Assembly: GCA_004322205.1 (NCBI GenBank)
Contig: SCSN01000005.1
Span: 6,642 to 70,641 of the forward strand
DNA: 64,000 nt
Origin: Patescibacteria group bacterium
GTDB lineage: Bacteria > Patescibacteriota > Minisyncoccia > Phycocordibacterales > Zambryskibacteraceae
Direction of reading: 5' to 3'
Both the position numbers and the translations under genes were made by a program. How positions within the stretch are numbered: position 1 is the stretch's first letter; the number at the start of each line of letters is the position of its first letter. The notes beneath the pieces were generated by a model. It was not told where the DNA came from. It worked only from the letters and a program-made list of their open reading frames with translations, and made no database searches. This document shows, one piece after another, positions 1 through 11,698 of this stretch.

Positions 1-256
1 CTCCATGCTTTTCCTTAGAGACAGGAATAATGTGCGAGTCGCGCTTTGCCAATTCCTTTAAAATATCTGGGGTTTTGTCTTTTTGTCCACCATTTTCGTA
101 ATAATTTGCCACTGGGATTAATTCGTATGAGAGACCGCGTTCTTCAATTAATCTCTTCATCTCCAATATAAAACCTACCACCGTTCTGCCTTCTCTATAG
201 CAAAGAATTACAACAGAAATGTCGGGAACTTTTGTTTCATTATTGATTTTCTCCAT
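1..256 (-). CDS. GT2-family glycosyltransferase, N-terminal part (runs off window)
   Basis: Not in ORF track. Manual translation [23 protein letters not shown]...[14 protein letters not shown] shows the GT2 'ISVVI..Y.E' start; it overlaps the end of the upstream oxidoreductase. Confidence 0.75.
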   Translation of the reverse strand, partial: MEKINNETKVPDISVVILCYREGRTVVGFILEMKRLIEERGLSYELIPVANYYENGGQKDKTPDILKELAKRDSHIIPVSKEKHG

Positions 257-1679
257 CTCCTTTTTCAATTTCCTCGTGATAGACACGTTCGACATTCACA
301 TTCCAGATGTCATGTCTGGCCCCAAATATATTTTCAACTGAAAGCATTGCGGTTAGCATTGCGTGATCTTGATTATTGTATTTGTGCATACCGTTCCTTC
401 CCACTGGATAGAGGTTTTTGAATTTTTTAATCTCCTCCCGGACTGTCGGCATGACTCGCTCGTAGGAACTGTCGTACACTGGGTATGTCTTTTCCATTCT
501 TGCCACGGCCCCATCAAGAACATCTCTTTTTTTCGCAAGCCCGATCTTCTCGAGCTCCTCGGCTCCCAACCTAATAAGCTCTTTATCGGACATATTCCAA
601 ACGTGATCATTCTTGAAGCAATAATACTCGAGACCAAGGCAGGTGGTGTTTGGGTTAGAAACCATCTCAGGCGACCAGTTCTTGAAATTCTCAATTCGTC
701 CCATTGAAACCCCGGGGTCGTGAACGTAGATCCAGTTATCCGAAAACATATCGCGGTGATTAAGAATAAGCGCCACTAAAATAAAGTCACGGTAATGAAG
801 TCCTTGTGCTGCTTCCCTTAGCTCGGACGAGACGGGGGGGTCCAGAAGAAAGAGAAGCTCACTAATCGGCATACTCGACACAAGTGCATTACATTCTATA
901 ATTTCCTCCTCCCCTTCTTCATTACGAATGCGCACTCCGGTTATTTTTTTATCTGCGCGAAGAACAGAGACCACCTCAATAGCAAAACGGACTTTTCCGT
1001 ATCCCGAGTCTTCAACAAGTTTTTTGGTGCGCTCCCACATCATACCGGGCCCAAACCTTGGATAATAAAACTCTTCAATCAAGGTTTTGATTTTATTCCC
1101 GCGATTGCCAAAAAGAGCGGCGCGCACCAAGCCGCCAAATGATAATCCTTTAATCCGCTGAGCTGCCCATTCCGCACGGATTTCAGTACAAGGGATGCCC
1201 CAGACCTTTTCGGTGTACGATTTAAAAAATGTACGATACAGCCGTTCGCCAAAGTTGTTAATGATGTAATCTTCAAATGACTCCTCGCGAGGACGTTTGT
1301 TCAGTTTTGCATATAAAAAACTGCAGCCAGCAAGAAAGGTTTCCCACAAACCTAATTTATTGAGAACATCAAAAGGTTTGATTGGATAACTAAAAAATTT
1401 TTTCTTATAGTAAATTCTAGAAAGCCGGGGGCGACGTAAAAAATCACCACCAAGAACTTCCCGCCACATATCCATTGCCCGATCAACTTTGGTAAAAAAA
1501 CGGTGCCCACCCATATCAAAACGGTATCCTTTATATTTAACTGTTCGAGAAATACCGCCGACAACCCTGTCTTTCTCAAGAATGACTGACCGCGTCTGCC
1601 GTTTTGCAAGTTCATACGCGGCAGTAAGCCCTGCCGGTCCGGCTCCAATGATAATAACTTCTGTAAAGGATTTCTTCAT
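240..1679 (-). CDS. FAD-dependent oxidoreductase (UDP-galactopyranose mutase/protoporphyrinogen oxidase-like)
   Basis: GAGPAG Rossmann motif, [10 protein letters not shown]-terminal [15 protein letters not shown]; sits in glycan cluster next to a GtrA gene. Confidence 0.8.
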   Translation of the reverse strand: MKKSFTEVIIIGAGPAGLTAAYELAKRQTRSVILEKDRVVGGISRTVKYKGYRFDMGGHRFFTKVDRAMDMWREVLGGDFLRRPRLSRIYYKKKFFSYPIKPFDVLNKLGLWETFLAGCSFLYAKLNKRPREESFEDYIINNFGERLYRTFFKSYTEKVWGIPCTEIRAEWAAQRIKGLSFGGLVRAALFGNRGNKIKTLIEEFYYPRFGPGMMWERTKKLVEDSGYGKVRFAIEVVSVLRADKKITGVRIRNEEGEEEIIECNALVSSMPISELLFLLDPPVSSELREAAQGLHYRDFILVALILNHRDMFSDNWIYVHDPGVSMGRIENFKNWSPEMVSNPNTTCLGLEYYCFKNDHVWNMSDKELIRLGAEELEKIGLAKKRDVLDGAVARMEKTYPVYDSSYERVMPTVREEIKKFKNLYPVGRNGMHKYNNQDHAMLTAMLSVENIFGARHDIWNVNVERVYHEEIEKGDGENQ

Positions 1680-2113
1680 TACACTAAGTCGGACATTTTA
1701 TCAGAATGATGAATGCGGTGAAAGACAAGATGTTTATAAACAAAGAAACTGTACAGAGCAATAACACCACTTGCTAAGATTTGCGCCACTAGATAATGGA
1801 ATCGCATGATGTCAACCTGGACATACATAAAAAAAGTATTAAGCACCAAATTCGCGAGAGCAATAATAAGATAAAGTGTGAGCTGTTTGGGAATTCTTTC
1901 TCGAGAATACTCACCGAAAGTCATAAATTTTTGCATTATAAAACTTACGGAAAAGGCGGCAATAAAAGCAATAATCGCTGCAACCAGATACCACATCTGA
2001 AATATCTGGACCAAAACGTACAGAAGCCCCAAATCAACGACTGCCGCCGTGCCGCCGGCAAAAAGAAAACGAAACACCTGATGATTAAAAATTTTTTTGA
2101 ATACTTTTCCCAT
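1679..2113 (-). CDS. GtrA-family membrane protein (lipid-linked sugar translocase-like)
   Basis: [14 protein letters not shown], four TM segments; ATG at 2113 overlaps the upstream stop (TGATG). Confidence 0.85.
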   Translation of the reverse strand: MGKVFKKIFNHQVFRFLFAGGTAAVVDLGLLYVLVQIFQMWYLVAAIIAFIAAFSVSFIMQKFMTFGEYSRERIPKQLTLYLIIALANLVLNTFFMYVQVDIMRFHYLVAQILASGVIALYSFFVYKHLVFHRIHHSDKMSDLV

Positions 2114-3234
2114 CAGATGTGCGGTTCTATAAATGCCAAAATATTTTGCGCTCTCTTCCTCCAAGAATATTGCTCTACTCTGGAAAGTGCCATATTGGCT
2201 TTCTGTCTCGCTTCATCGTAGTTTTTGAGAACTAAGTCAACTGTTTCTGCTAAGCTTTTTGGATCATCTGGAGTAAAAAAATATACCATACTTTCATCAA
2301 GCACTTCCCGCAATGACGGCAGATCTGAAGAAATGATTGGTGTGCCGCTGGCCATGTATTCAAAGAGCTTCATTGGAGAAGTGTATAACTGAGAAATTCT
2401 GTCTTTCGAACTGTTAGGAAGAACCAAAACGTCGGCAGCTTTTAAATACAAAGGAACTTCATGGTGGAGTTTTTGGCCCAAAATATGAATATTTTGAATA
2501 TGCCTATACTTTCTCTGAAAGCTCTCAATATCCTCTCTCGTCCCGCCGACAAAAAACACTTCCGCATCGATATTTTTCGCGGCATCTGCCAATATATCCA
2601 CCCCTTTCCAAGAGTACAGATGTCCAGTATACAAAACTATTCTTTTTTCAACAGGTAAACCCAATTTTTTTCTTGCGTCTTGTTTTGGAATCGGAATTGA
2701 AAAAGGCTCCAGATCTACTCCATCAGGAGAGACTAAAATGTTCTTTGCTCTGGCGCCAAATGATATATAAAGACTTTTCAGTGCTTGTGTAATCAGAACA
2801 AGTTTAACTTTTTTTCTCTTAACAACTCTCCTGACTATAAAATTTTTTTCTCCTCTGTGGCTTTCCCAGATTACATTGCGACCTATGTTTGAAAAATAAA
2901 AAGCGGCAACTTCATCGCGAGTGTAAAAAACGGCTTCGGCAGCGGAAAAAAAGCGCCAAAACGCAAATTCAAAAAAAGTAAGCGATTCAATTAAAAAACC
3001 TAACTTTCCCCACCTTACCAAATCAAGACACGGGATTTTTATTATCTTAAATTTTCTTTTGATTCCGTAATACAAGAATGGATCATCTTTAATAAAGTTT
3101 TTCCGCCTGGGAACAACCAGTTTAACTCCCACCCCTTGAGCGGCAAATGCCTCGCACATCTTCATTATCTGAATGCCGTGCGCCTTTTCTGTCGGAAGGC
3201 GTATGTTGGCTATGTATATCAACTTCATACTCAT
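2113..3234 (-). CDS. GT4 glycosyltransferase
   Basis: [26 protein letters not shown] motifs. Confidence 0.9.
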   Translation of the reverse strand: MSMKLIYIANIRLPTEKAHGIQIMKMCEAFAAQGVGVKLVVPRRKNFIKDDPFLYYGIKRKFKIIKIPCLDLVRWGKLGFLIESLTFFEFAFWRFFSAAEAVFYTRDEVAAFYFSNIGRNVIWESHRGEKNFIVRRVVKRKKVKLVLITQALKSLYISFGARAKNILVSPDGVDLEPFSIPIPKQDARKKLGLPVEKRIVLYTGHLYSWKGVDILADAAKNIDAEVFFVGGTREDIESFQRKYRHIQNIHILGQKLHHEVPLYLKAADVLVLPNSSKDRISQLYTSPMKLFEYMASGTPIISSDLPSLREVLDESMVYFFTPDDPKSLAETVDLVLKNYDEARQKANMALSRVEQYSWRKRAQNILAFIEPHI

Positions 3235-3914
3235 TTAATCAAAAAAACATTGTATCCGCTTACTTGTTTCGTTCGGATTTTGCCGGACATCATATCAAGA
3301 AAATACCAAAACGGATGGAGAAATCGAATCCTCCCCAAGGGGCTTAATTTTATCCATGTTTCAATTGCTCCTCTCACTGGCATTGTCTCTACGCTTGAGA
3401 ATGGTTTTGATAACCATCGAAGGCTGTCCTCGGTAAATCTCCAAAAATCTCCGTAATATCCTTTTTCTGCATGATAATAGTAAAGAAAAGGTACATAGAC
3501 GAAACAATATCCTCCACTTTTAAGTACTCTATGAATTTCTCTAAATGCTAAAATGGGGTTTTCAACATGCTCCAGGACGGCAATACAGATAATTGCATCT
3601 TGGGAATTATCCGGAAATGGGAGGTTGTGTATATCTCCCACCATATCTGGATGATATGTGTCTACCAAGTCAAGAATTTTATAATCAGCATTTGAAAGAT
3701 GCGGACGAATCCATTCACGAGAAGCATCATACCGGTTATTTTTTCCTTTCATCAAACGCAAACCGCCCCCAATGTCAATAACCGATTTTTTTTCGGTAAA
3801 AATCTTTTTAATCTTCTCTACAAAAAAATGCTCCCAGGGAGTTTCCATAAATCCGAAGACACTATACACGTTTTTTGAACCTTGTAATATTTTGCTCTCG
3901 AGGTATTTTCTCAA
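3231..3914 (-). CDS. Class I SAM-dependent methyltransferase
   Basis: IDIGGG motif [25 protein letters not shown]. Confidence 0.85.
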   Translation of the reverse strand: MRKYLESKILQGSKNVYSVFGFMETPWEHFFVEKIKKIFTEKKSVIDIGGGLRLMKGKNNRYDASREWIRPHLSNADYKILDLVDTYHPDMVGDIHNLPFPDNSQDAIICIAVLEHVENPILAFREIHRVLKSGGYCFVYVPFLYYYHAEKGYYGDFWRFTEDSLRWLSKPFSSVETMPVRGAIETWIKLSPLGRIRFLHPFWYFLDMMSGKIRTKQVSGYNVFLIK

Positions 3915-4083
3915 ATACTTAAAAGAAAGCGCGCAGTTTTAACATTCAGCTGTCAGTACAGTAACATAAAAATAAAAAATGGACAAGTTATCTATTAAAT
4001 ATAATCCTCCGTAAGAACTGCTTGCAACAATAGACTGGGTTAACAAAACTACCCAGATGGGAAAGACAATATTAAAGGAATGC

Positions 4084-6306
4084 TCATATGGGGAGTTTCT
4101 TGCCGGTCATTATGGCCTCAATGTAAAAATATGCGTCTTCTTTGACGGCGGGGTGTCTTTTGGCTACATCTTGAAGTACGCTTATTGCCTCGGAGAGAAA
4201 GCCGGCCTTGGCGTAAGCAGCGGCCAGAGAAAAGAAGTTTTGAGAGTTGCCCGGCGCTTCCTCGACCAGCTTTTTCCAAAGCGCAATAACTTTGCCGTAC
4301 TCGCCGACAGCGGCATAAGCGTTAATGACTTCCGGCCTCGCCCAGAGTTCGCCGTCAAATCTGCTCTTTACAAGCTCCTCGGCCTTCTCTGACTGGCCGC
4401 TTAAAATCAAAGCCGCCAAATAGTCCGCCATAGCATTGTCAATATAGAAAGTGTAAGCCGGGTCGCTGACGTCAAAGCGAGACTCCAGCTCATAAAGCGC
4501 TCCGTACTCCTGTGCGGCTTCGGCGAATTTTTTCTCCTCCATGTAAATGTCTCCGAGAGCCTTACGAATATTTTTTCTTGACGGAGAAAGTTCCTTGGCG
4601 TGAGAGAGGAAAACGATTGCCAAGTCCTTCTCACTGTAGGCACGGAAAAGATCGCCGAGAAAAATAAAATTCTTGACAACACGAGGATGTCGCAGAGCTT
4701 CCTTGCTGACTTCCCTAACCCCTAATTCAAACAACGCTCTTTTCTCTTTCTCCTCTACTGTCTGATTTCTGGAAACAGCAACAGCAAATTCCGCAATTTC
4801 CTGTCTGACTCTGCCCTTATCAAACGGTGTCCAAGAGAGAGCACGATTGAAAAAAGCACTTCTGCCTAGAACGGGAGTAATCTCTGGCGGGGTGATGGAG
4901 AGAGTAAGGAGTCTTCCGGCGACGGCCGCCCTGACATGAAAAACCACTCCCGCCGCCACCAGAAAAAGAACGGCAGCTCTCAAAACCCGCTGGCTTCCTC
5001 GCGAGAGTCCCCAACCTAAAACTTCGGGTGAACTTTGAGAAGAAAGATAAGAGAGAAAAAGAAAAAGAGGAATAAGGCCGGCCAGAGTATCAAAAACAAA
5101 AAGGATGTTGATAAAATATGCCGAAAGTAAACCCGTGAAAATTGTCCTCTCTGCAAGAGAAAAGACGTACTCCCCTTCTTTCTTACGCCAGAGAATAAAA
5201 AAAGGAGATAGAAGAAGCAGAAGAAAAGCGAGAGCGCCCAGAAAACCCGCGGAGACAGCCCAGTCCAAAAAAGAGTTGTGGGCTCGGTCAAACCACGATT
5301 CCTGCAATGAGAGCTTGGGATTGTAGAAACGCTCAAAGACAAGAGGAAAACTCTCCTGTCCCCAGCCCAAAATTGGTCGTGCCAACACACCTTGCCAAGC
5401 TGTGCGCCAGACCATAAAACGAGGACTATCAGATATGCGGCCTTGGACAAGCTCTTGAAAGCGCGAGAGAGTCCGCGACTCCACTGGGTCGGCGTGCTTA
5501 AGGAAAATAGCCGAACCAACAGCCAAAGACAAAGCAATTAAGAAAACGGCGCCGACCAAAACGAATTTTCTTTTCCCCGCCCTTCTCATAATCAGCCAGA
5601 TAAAAAATGTAACCAAAGCACCAATCAAGAGTGCCAGAAGCGCCCCGCGGGTAGCTGTTTTATAAAGCACAAAAATCTCCAGAGCCAAAAGCAATAAAAG
5701 AGCGAAAGGGCGGTGCCGCTTGACTAATAACCCTTCTTGCCGAGCCCGCCAGATAAGCAAGGCGATGAAGAAAATATGAAAGAGAAGGTAGGTGGCAAAA
5801 TAGGCGGCATTGCCGAATGGGCCATCCAGCCGCTCTACCACGGCGCCTCCGGCAAAGAGTTTCAAGACCTCGGCGAAAGAAACAAAGGCGCTTACACCGA
5901 CAGAGACCAGAAGCATTCTCTGCCACAACTGCCTGCTGGCGAGAGCGCTTGCGGCAACAACAAATAAGACAAAGAGATGGAGATAAGTGATAAATCCCTC
6001 CATTCTCTCGTAACTTGAGAGAAAACTTGCCGCGCGATCGGGACTCACGATATCGGCAAAGAAAACGACAGTCAAGAACGCGGAGAGGGCGTAAAAGATA
6101 GGCGAAGAAAGACCAGAGAGACTGACTTTCTTTTTCAAGAAAAGGAAAAACCAGACAAGAAATAAAAATTCAACCAGGAGCCGGAAGAATAAACTGCGGC
6201 CTAAAACAAAGGGGAAAAAGAGAGAGTTAGTGACAACCAGAGGAAAAAACAGAAGCAGCAGTAAGCCAGTGGTGAGCACTACAAAAGAAGCAGAATTTCT
6301 TTGCAT
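4084..6306 (-). CDS. O-antigen ligase/oligosaccharyltransferase (Wzy_C) family protein with C-terminal TPRs
   Basis: About 12 TM segments, GPFGNA, TRGALL, PILGWG...DRAHNSFL; helical TPR-like tail. Confidence 0.85.
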   Translation of the reverse strand: MQRNSASFVVLTTGLLLLLFFPLVVTNSLFFPFVLGRSLFFRLLVEFLFLVWFFLFLKKKVSLSGLSSPIFYALSAFLTVVFFADIVSPDRAASFLSSYERMEGFITYLHLFVLFVVAASALASRQLWQRMLLVSVGVSAFVSFAEVLKLFAGGAVVERLDGPFGNAAYFATYLLFHIFFIALLIWRARQEGLLVKRHRPFALLLLLALEIFVLYKTATRGALLALLIGALVTFFIWLIMRRAGKRKFVLVGAVFLIALSLAVGSAIFLKHADPVESRTLSRFQELVQGRISDSPRFMVWRTAWQGVLARPILGWGQESFPLVFERFYNPKLSLQESWFDRAHNSFLDWAVSAGFLGALAFLLLLLSPFFILWRKKEGEYVFSLAERTIFTGLLSAYFINILFVFDTLAGLIPLFLFLSYLSSQSSPEVLGWGLSRGSQRVLRAAVLFLVAAGVVFHVRAAVAGRLLTLSITPPEITPVLGRSAFFNRALSWTPFDKGRVRQEIAEFAVAVSRNQTVEEKEKRALFELGVREVSKEALRHPRVVKNFIFLGDLFRAYSEKDLAIVFLSHAKELSPSRKNIRKALGDIYMEEKKFAEAAQEYGALYELESRFDVSDPAYTFYIDNAMADYLAALILSGQSEKAEELVKSRFDGELWARPEVINAYAAVGEYGKVIALWKKLVEEAPGNSQNFFSLAAAYAKAGFLSEAISVLQDVAKRHPAVKEDAYFYIEAIMTGKKLPI

Positions 6307-6320
6307 AAATGCCGAATTTC

Positions 6321-8156
6321 TCAGCAGGAAACATTATACTTTCTGGCCCAGATTTGGAAAGTCAGAATCGCCCAAATGAGGTTCAGATGATACCCTCGCT
6401 TGGCCATGTGGTCATCAAGAAGAACATTTATCCTCGGCCAGTTAAAGATCTTTCCAGTTTGGCTATTGTACCCTTCACTCAAAATCAAACGAACTACCGA
6501 AAGAACCTTGGGTTCCCGGAGCCACTTTGCACCGGGCGCAAACCACCCTCTTTTTGGCTGGCGGAAGAGAAAATCTGGCAGATCTTTTGCAAAAGCTTCT
6601 CTTATAAGACGCTTGTTTGTCCGAAAGGAAATTTTTCGGCTGGCGGGAATGGAGAGGAGAAACTGTGCCAGCGGGAGATCCAAAAGCGGCACTCTCTGCT
6701 CCAGACTCGCCATCATAGACATGGTGTCGGCCAAAGCAAGAGCTTGGTCTGGAAGCCAACTTTCAAAATCCGCTCTCATAAGCATGTCTGGGCCGCTCTG
6801 CCATAGAAGATTTTCAAAAATATTTTTTTGAAAAAATTTTACAACATCGTCTTCAGATAAAAGTGTCCTTTGCTTGAAAACACCATCAAAATCAGTATCC
6901 TTCTGAAACATGAAAAGCTTGAATTGATCAATGCCGGGCTTGACAAGAAGTTTTTTCGCGCGACCACCGAGAATTGGCGTTATGAGTCCTGCAAACCCTG
7001 CCACTTTCTGGAAACTTTCTGCCAGTTTGGCGTAGCGATAGCGTTCATAGCCGCCGAACAATTCGTCACCCCCGTCGCCGGAAAGCGCCACAGTCACAAA
7101 CTTCTTCGTGAAGTTGGCCAGAAACAGCATCGGGATTGCTGTTGGGTTTGAAATAGGATCATCGCGTCCAGCGACTGCCTCCTCGAGAGAGGAAGCAACA
7201 TCATCCGGCGTAATCTCAACTGCGTGATGATTCGTTCGGTAATGGGCGGCGACCTTTTTCGCAATCAAAAAATCCTGATTGAACTTTTCTTCCTCTGCTT
7301 TGTTCGAAAGGCGAAAGCCGACTGAAAATGTTTCAATGTTCTCTGTGACTTTGGACATCGCATGAAGAACAGTTGTGGAATCGAGTCCGCCGGAGAGGTA
7401 AAGTCCCAATGGCCGGTCAGAAACCAACTGCCTTTTTACAGCCTTAAATATGAGTTTTTTGACTGTATCAAGAGTTTCTTCCCTCGACATTACAGCATTT
7501 CCCGCCCCCCACTGGAAAAACTTTTTGATTGTGATATTGCCGCCGCGCCAGGAGATATAATGTCCGGGCAGAAGTTTTTGTATCTTGGAAAATCCTGTCA
7601 GCGGCGCAGGGGTGTAAAGAATTCGAAAGAAAGCGGCAACTGCTAGAGGGTCAACCTCTCTCAAAACATCTTCGTGTAGAAGAATGGCTTTAATCTCCGA
7701 GGAAAAAATAAATTTCTTTTGATTAAAATAATACAAAAGTGGTTTCACGCCGACTGGATCGCGTGCCAGAACTAGCTCCTTCTCCTTCTTATCCCAAATA
7801 GCGAAGGCGTACATGCCGTTGAGCTTTCTGAAGCTCTCTTTACCCCACTTCTCATACGCCGCAAGAATTACTTCCGTGTCGCTTTTTGTTTTGAATGGGT
7901 AGTCGGAAAGTTCACGCCTTATATCTTCAAAATTGTAAATCTCCCCGTTATAGACAATGACAAAACGTCCGTCTTCGCCAGTCATGGGCTGATTTGCTCG
8001 CGGATCAAGGTCAATGATGCTTAAGCGGTTATTGCCAAGAGAAACAAGATCGTCGCAATAGAAACCAGCCGCGTCAGGACCGCGATGCCGAGTGATCTCA
8101 TTCATCCGCCGAATGAGCTTTTCGTCTTTCCAGTTGAATCCGTTGATGCCGCACAT
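6321..8156 (-). CDS. asnB: Asparagine synthase (glutamine-hydrolysing) family amidotransferase
   Basis: N-terminal MCGI, HRGPD, LSGGLDS, SGDGGDELFGGY; probably amidates glycan given context. Confidence 0.92.
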   Translation of the reverse strand: MCGINGFNWKDEKLIRRMNEITRHRGPDAAGFYCDDLVSLGNNRLSIIDLDPRANQPMTGEDGRFVIVYNGEIYNFEDIRRELSDYPFKTKSDTEVILAAYEKWGKESFRKLNGMYAFAIWDKKEKELVLARDPVGVKPLLYYFNQKKFIFSSEIKAILLHEDVLREVDPLAVAAFFRILYTPAPLTGFSKIQKLLPGHYISWRGGNITIKKFFQWGAGNAVMSREETLDTVKKLIFKAVKRQLVSDRPLGLYLSGGLDSTTVLHAMSKVTENIETFSVGFRLSNKAEEEKFNQDFLIAKKVAAHYRTNHHAVEITPDDVASSLEEAVAGRDDPISNPTAIPMLFLANFTKKFVTVALSGDGGDELFGGYERYRYAKLAESFQKVAGFAGLITPILGGRAKKLLVKPGIDQFKLFMFQKDTDFDGVFKQRTLLSEDDVVKFFQKNIFENLLWQSGPDMLMRADFESWLPDQALALADTMSMMASLEQRVPLLDLPLAQFLLSIPASRKISFRTNKRLIREAFAKDLPDFLFRQPKRGWFAPGAKWLREPKVLSVVRLILSEGYNSQTGKIFNWPRINVLLDDHMAKRGYHLNLIWAILTFQIWARKYNVSC

Positions 8157-8159
8157 ATA

Positions 8160-8942
8160 TCATTCACTCTTCAGTGCCCTGATGCCCCTAACGCGCTTCA
8201 CTGTCAAAAATTCAGAAACGTGTTCAAAGTGTTGCCGGGCTTTTTTTCTAAAGACCTCATCCAATGTTTGGTCGTAAAGATTATAGGAGCTCCAGTACGC
8301 ATACAAACTCTCCGGTGAATTAAATCTCAACGGATTTTCAAAATCTGTTAGTAGAACTTCATCAAAGTATCTATAGGCCAGTTTCCGTCCTGTCTCTTCC
8401 ATAAATTCTACTCCTCCAGCTTCTGTTAATCTTACATTGTCTGCCAAAGTTCTCTGGAAGTCCTTAATCTCCCTGTTATTGTCTCCGGAAGGACCGCAGA
8501 AAAAAAAGATCCCGCCGCCTTTTAGAGCCCTGTAGATTGATGGGAAGAGTCTGTCCGGGGCTTCCGAATAATACAGCGCATAACTTGAAACCACGCGGTC
8601 AAAAATTCTCTCGAAATGATGCGTCGGAAAGTCGTCCAAACCCTCCCACACAGGTTCGACAATATTTGCAACCCCCGCCTGCTCCGCTGTCTCTCTCAAT
8701 ACCCGCAGCGACTCTTCGGATATATCTACCGCCCTAATATGGCCAGCCGGGCCTACAATACGCGCTAAATCAATACTCTGCTTGCCCCTGCCGGCCCCAA
8801 GATCAAGAATCTCCATGCCCGGCTTCGGCTCGAGGTGTGAAAATATCCAAGCGTTCAGCTCCTTTTCTCCGAACTTCTCATGCGCCTCAATCCGCTTCGA
8901 AAGCGCTTCTGAATTAGTGTTGAAGCGAGGAGTGTTTCTCAT
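8160..8942 (-). CDS. Class I SAM-dependent methyltransferase
   Basis: ILDLGAGRG, AVDISEE, ALKGGG; start taken at MRNTP. Confidence 0.85.
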   Translation of the reverse strand: MRNTPRFNTNSEALSKRIEAHEKFGEKELNAWIFSHLEPKPGMEILDLGAGRGKQSIDLARIVGPAGHIRAVDISEESLRVLRETAEQAGVANIVEPVWEGLDDFPTHHFERIFDRVVSSYALYYSEAPDRLFPSIYRALKGGGIFFFCGPSGDNNREIKDFQRTLADNVRLTEAGGVEFMEETGRKLAYRYFDEVLLTDFENPLRFNSPESLYAYWSSYNLYDQTLDEVFRKKARQHFEHVSEFLTVKRVRGIRALKSE

Positions 8943-9744
8943 ACAATACTTCAATAAAACCCCTCCGAATGACATTGGGCACATGGCTTCTCATTTCCTT
9001 ATCAAATCTTAATTTTTCCATTGGAGAAAAGTTTTTAGTCTTCTCAAGAAAATACTCCTCAAGTGCGTCTTCCGGTTCTTTAGATTCGTCCGCCCACCAG
9101 ATAGGATGTGTGAGAAATTGGATCGGTCTGCCATCGGGAGCTTCCCTAAATTTGTCTAGAGGGTGACCCCAGCGGAACATCCCTCTTGAATCTGAACAAT
9201 ACTCTTCAGATAACTCTTGGGCATGAGCATTGATTCTGCCTTCGATTAAAAGCTCTTTGCCAAGACCTGACCACGGGCGATGAAACGAAAAAGAATGGAC
9301 TGGAATATCAGTGGCCGCTTCGAGATCTCTGCAGGCATCATCAATCTCATTAGAGAGAAGTGAAACTTGGACTCCGGAGTCTCGGGCGGTTTTACTGTCG
9401 AAATGCAAGCCAATCTCATGTCCAAGGTCATGAATTTTTCCTATACGTTCAAGATTACCTTGATCCTGGAGAGAATATACCGGGGCATTACTCATAACAA
9501 AGTACGTTGCCCGAACACCTTGGGAGTTTTCAATTTCCGCCATCTGTAGGGCTTTTCCCAGGTCAAAATCTACATCATGCCTAAAAAAAATACTCTTCGG
9601 CGAGTTGCGAAGAACAGACTCCGCTTCAGACATGAGTGCGGGGTAACGAGAGCGGCACGCCTCTTTAAGAAGATGCTCGTAGTACCTGTAGCTAAAATCC
9701 CGATTCATTGCTCCATATACTAGCCTACCGACGGGCTTTTTCAA
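8914..9744 (-). CDS. Polysaccharide deacetylase-like protein
   Basis: RHDVD, ATYFV, GHEIGLHFD, SFHRP, LTHPIWW. Confidence 0.75.
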   Translation of the reverse strand: MKKPVGRLVYGAMNRDFSYRYYEHLLKEACRSRYPALMSEAESVLRNSPKSIFFRHDVDFDLGKALQMAEIENSQGVRATYFVMSNAPVYSLQDQGNLERIGKIHDLGHEIGLHFDSKTARDSGVQVSLLSNEIDDACRDLEAATDIPVHSFSFHRPWSGLGKELLIEGRINAHAQELSEEYCSDSRGMFRWGHPLDKFREAPDGRPIQFLTHPIWWADESKEPEDALEEYFLEKTKNFSPMEKLRFDKEMRSHVPNVIRRGFIEVLYEKHSSLQH

Positions 9745-10786
9745 GCAAACGAGCTATTTCAGAAGCAACATGGCGAACGTCATGTTTGTTTTTAACAATT
9801 TCACGGGAAAGCTTGGAATATTCTGCTCTTCGAGCCGAGCCCCATGAAAGCACTCGAGTAATACAGTAAGCAAGCCCCCGTGCGTCATCTTCAGGAAAGA
9901 AAAGATCATCGGCAAACTTTCCAAGATCGTTTTTATACACAGGGGTTGGTGTAATTGCAGGAATACCCGTACTCATCGCCTCAAGTTCAGTTTTTCCAAA
10001 CCCGCCGCCGCCCTGCATGCGAATAAAAATCTGGTGGGATCGATATACAGTCGGAGCGTCTTTGTTCGCAACCGGCCCCTCCCACGTAATAAACTCCCTC
10101 AGGTGATTTGCCACGACAAGAGCACGCAGTATTTTTTCATATTCCATATCATCACGACGCAGAGGGGTGCCGAAGATGTGCAGGCGAACGTCGGTTCTCT
10201 TTCGGTCTTTCACAAGTATTTTCATAGCCCGAATTGCTACTTCAATGCGCTTTTCTTTTGATATGCGAGAAATAGTCATAATTGAACTTGAAGTTGGAGC
10301 CGAGAGTCCGGGCGAGAACTGTTCTGTATCAATACCATGTCCGGTCGCGATAACCTTTGGAGAATCAAACTCAAAACTATCTTTTGACGGAGACAGAACA
10401 AAATCTGCGTGCTTTATTGCCCACCGCGCGGTCGGACTTACTTTTAAGTGCGCATACCACATAATAACTGGGCGGCGGAAGAAAACGTTTAGAGGATAGA
10501 GGGCTCTGACATATTCCGGTGCCATGTGTGCGAAAACTCCATCAACTTTGGGCAGGATTCTGAAAAGATACCAATAAAATCTAAACGCCTGCAATAACTT
10601 TGGCGCATTTTTTTCTTTACCGAGAGAGAAAAGCTCGACATTATCAGGTAAATCAGACGCCCCCACTGAAAGAGCAATGATCTTTATTGTGTCAAAATGT
10701 TCTGCCAAATGAGAAATCCAATAGTGAAAAAAACCGAGTACTGAATCTTCCCGATCAACTTTTTGCGTTATGATTAGAAGCCTCAC
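9725..10786 (-). CDS. GT4 glycosyltransferase
   Basis: GHGIDT, SRISKEK, FGKTELEAMSTG. Confidence 0.9.
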   Translation of the reverse strand: MRLLIITQKVDREDSVLGFFHYWISHLAEHFDTIKIIALSVGASDLPDNVELFSLGKEKNAPKLLQAFRFYWYLFRILPKVDGVFAHMAPEYVRALYPLNVFFRRPVIMWYAHLKVSPTARWAIKHADFVLSPSKDSFEFDSPKVIATGHGIDTEQFSPGLSAPTSSSIMTISRISKEKRIEVAIRAMKILVKDRKRTDVRLHIFGTPLRRDDMEYEKILRALVVANHLREFITWEGPVANKDAPTVYRSHQIFIRMQGGGGFGKTELEAMSTGIPAITPTPVYKNDLGKFADDLFFPEDDARGLAYCITRVLSWGSARRAEYSKLSREIVKNKHDVRHVASEIARLLEKARR

Positions 10787-10836
10787 GATTGTAGTATTCT
10801 GACGGATGTCCGATACCCGTCAAGACTTTCATAGAG

Positions 10837-11697
10837 TTATTTGCATGCCACTATATCAAAATGCACAGCAAAATATCCCTTCCATTTTGCCGGACAAATT
10901 CTCTCGAAAAGTCTATTGATTCGGTAAAGTCCAAAACTAATATTCCATTTCGAGAGAAAAATCGATTTCGGAACAACTTCGAATCCTATTTCATAAATTC
11001 CTACCCCCCTAAAGCCTCTGAATAAATTATTCACCTCTTTTCTAGAGAAATATCGAACCGGCCCGTTCCTTAACCCCTGTCCCAGAAGAATGAGAAAACT
11101 AAGATATAGACCATCTCTCAAGCCTCTTAAGCTCCACTTATTAAAAAAAGAGCTCATTACAAAAACCTTACCGCCAGGTTTCAAAACTCTATATATTTCT
11201 CCAATGGAAAGACTGGTTACCTTTTTGGGATTATGAAGAAAAACGGCGGACACGACCGCATTGCTAACACTGTCACTTTTCAAAGGAATATTATCTATAC
11301 CACTCAGTATCAATAGCAGCGGTGTTCGATTCTCCAGATTGCTATTTTGATAGCGTTCATAAAAGAGGCGAAGCATTTCAGAAGAGCCGTCAAGACCGAT
11401 ATAGCCCTCAAAAACTCGCCTCTGCAGTAAATATTTTGCTATCCTTCCATAGCCACATCCAATATCAAGAATAACTCCCTCTATCAGTCTCGAGTTCAGA
11501 AAATTGACCGCTTCTCGACTTCTCTTTTGCTCCCAAGATTCACCGTCGGCGGCGATTGCAGCCGCAACCGGATTACGCCTGGCAAGATCACTCCAAATCT
11601 GTGATTCATTAAAATAATCCCTAGAACGAAAGAAGAAGGTTCCCTTTACGGCTTTTTCTAAAAGAACTCTCTTTAAAGTTGAAGCGGCGTGCATCAT
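10837..11697 (-). CDS. Class I SAM-dependent methyltransferase
   Basis: ILDIGCGYGR, GLDGS, RVLKPGG. Confidence 0.88.
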   Translation of the reverse strand: MMHAASTLKRVLLEKAVKGTFFFRSRDYFNESQIWSDLARRNPVAAAIAADGESWEQKRSREAVNFLNSRLIEGVILDIGCGYGRIAKYLLQRRVFEGYIGLDGSSEMLRLFYERYQNSNLENRTPLLLILSGIDNIPLKSDSVSNAVVSAVFLHNPKKVTSLSIGEIYRVLKPGGKVFVMSSFFNKWSLRGLRDGLYLSFLILLGQGLRNGPVRYFSRKEVNNLFRGFRGVGIYEIGFEVVPKSIFLSKWNISFGLYRINRLFERICPAKWKGYFAVHFDIVACK

Positions 11698-11698
11698 T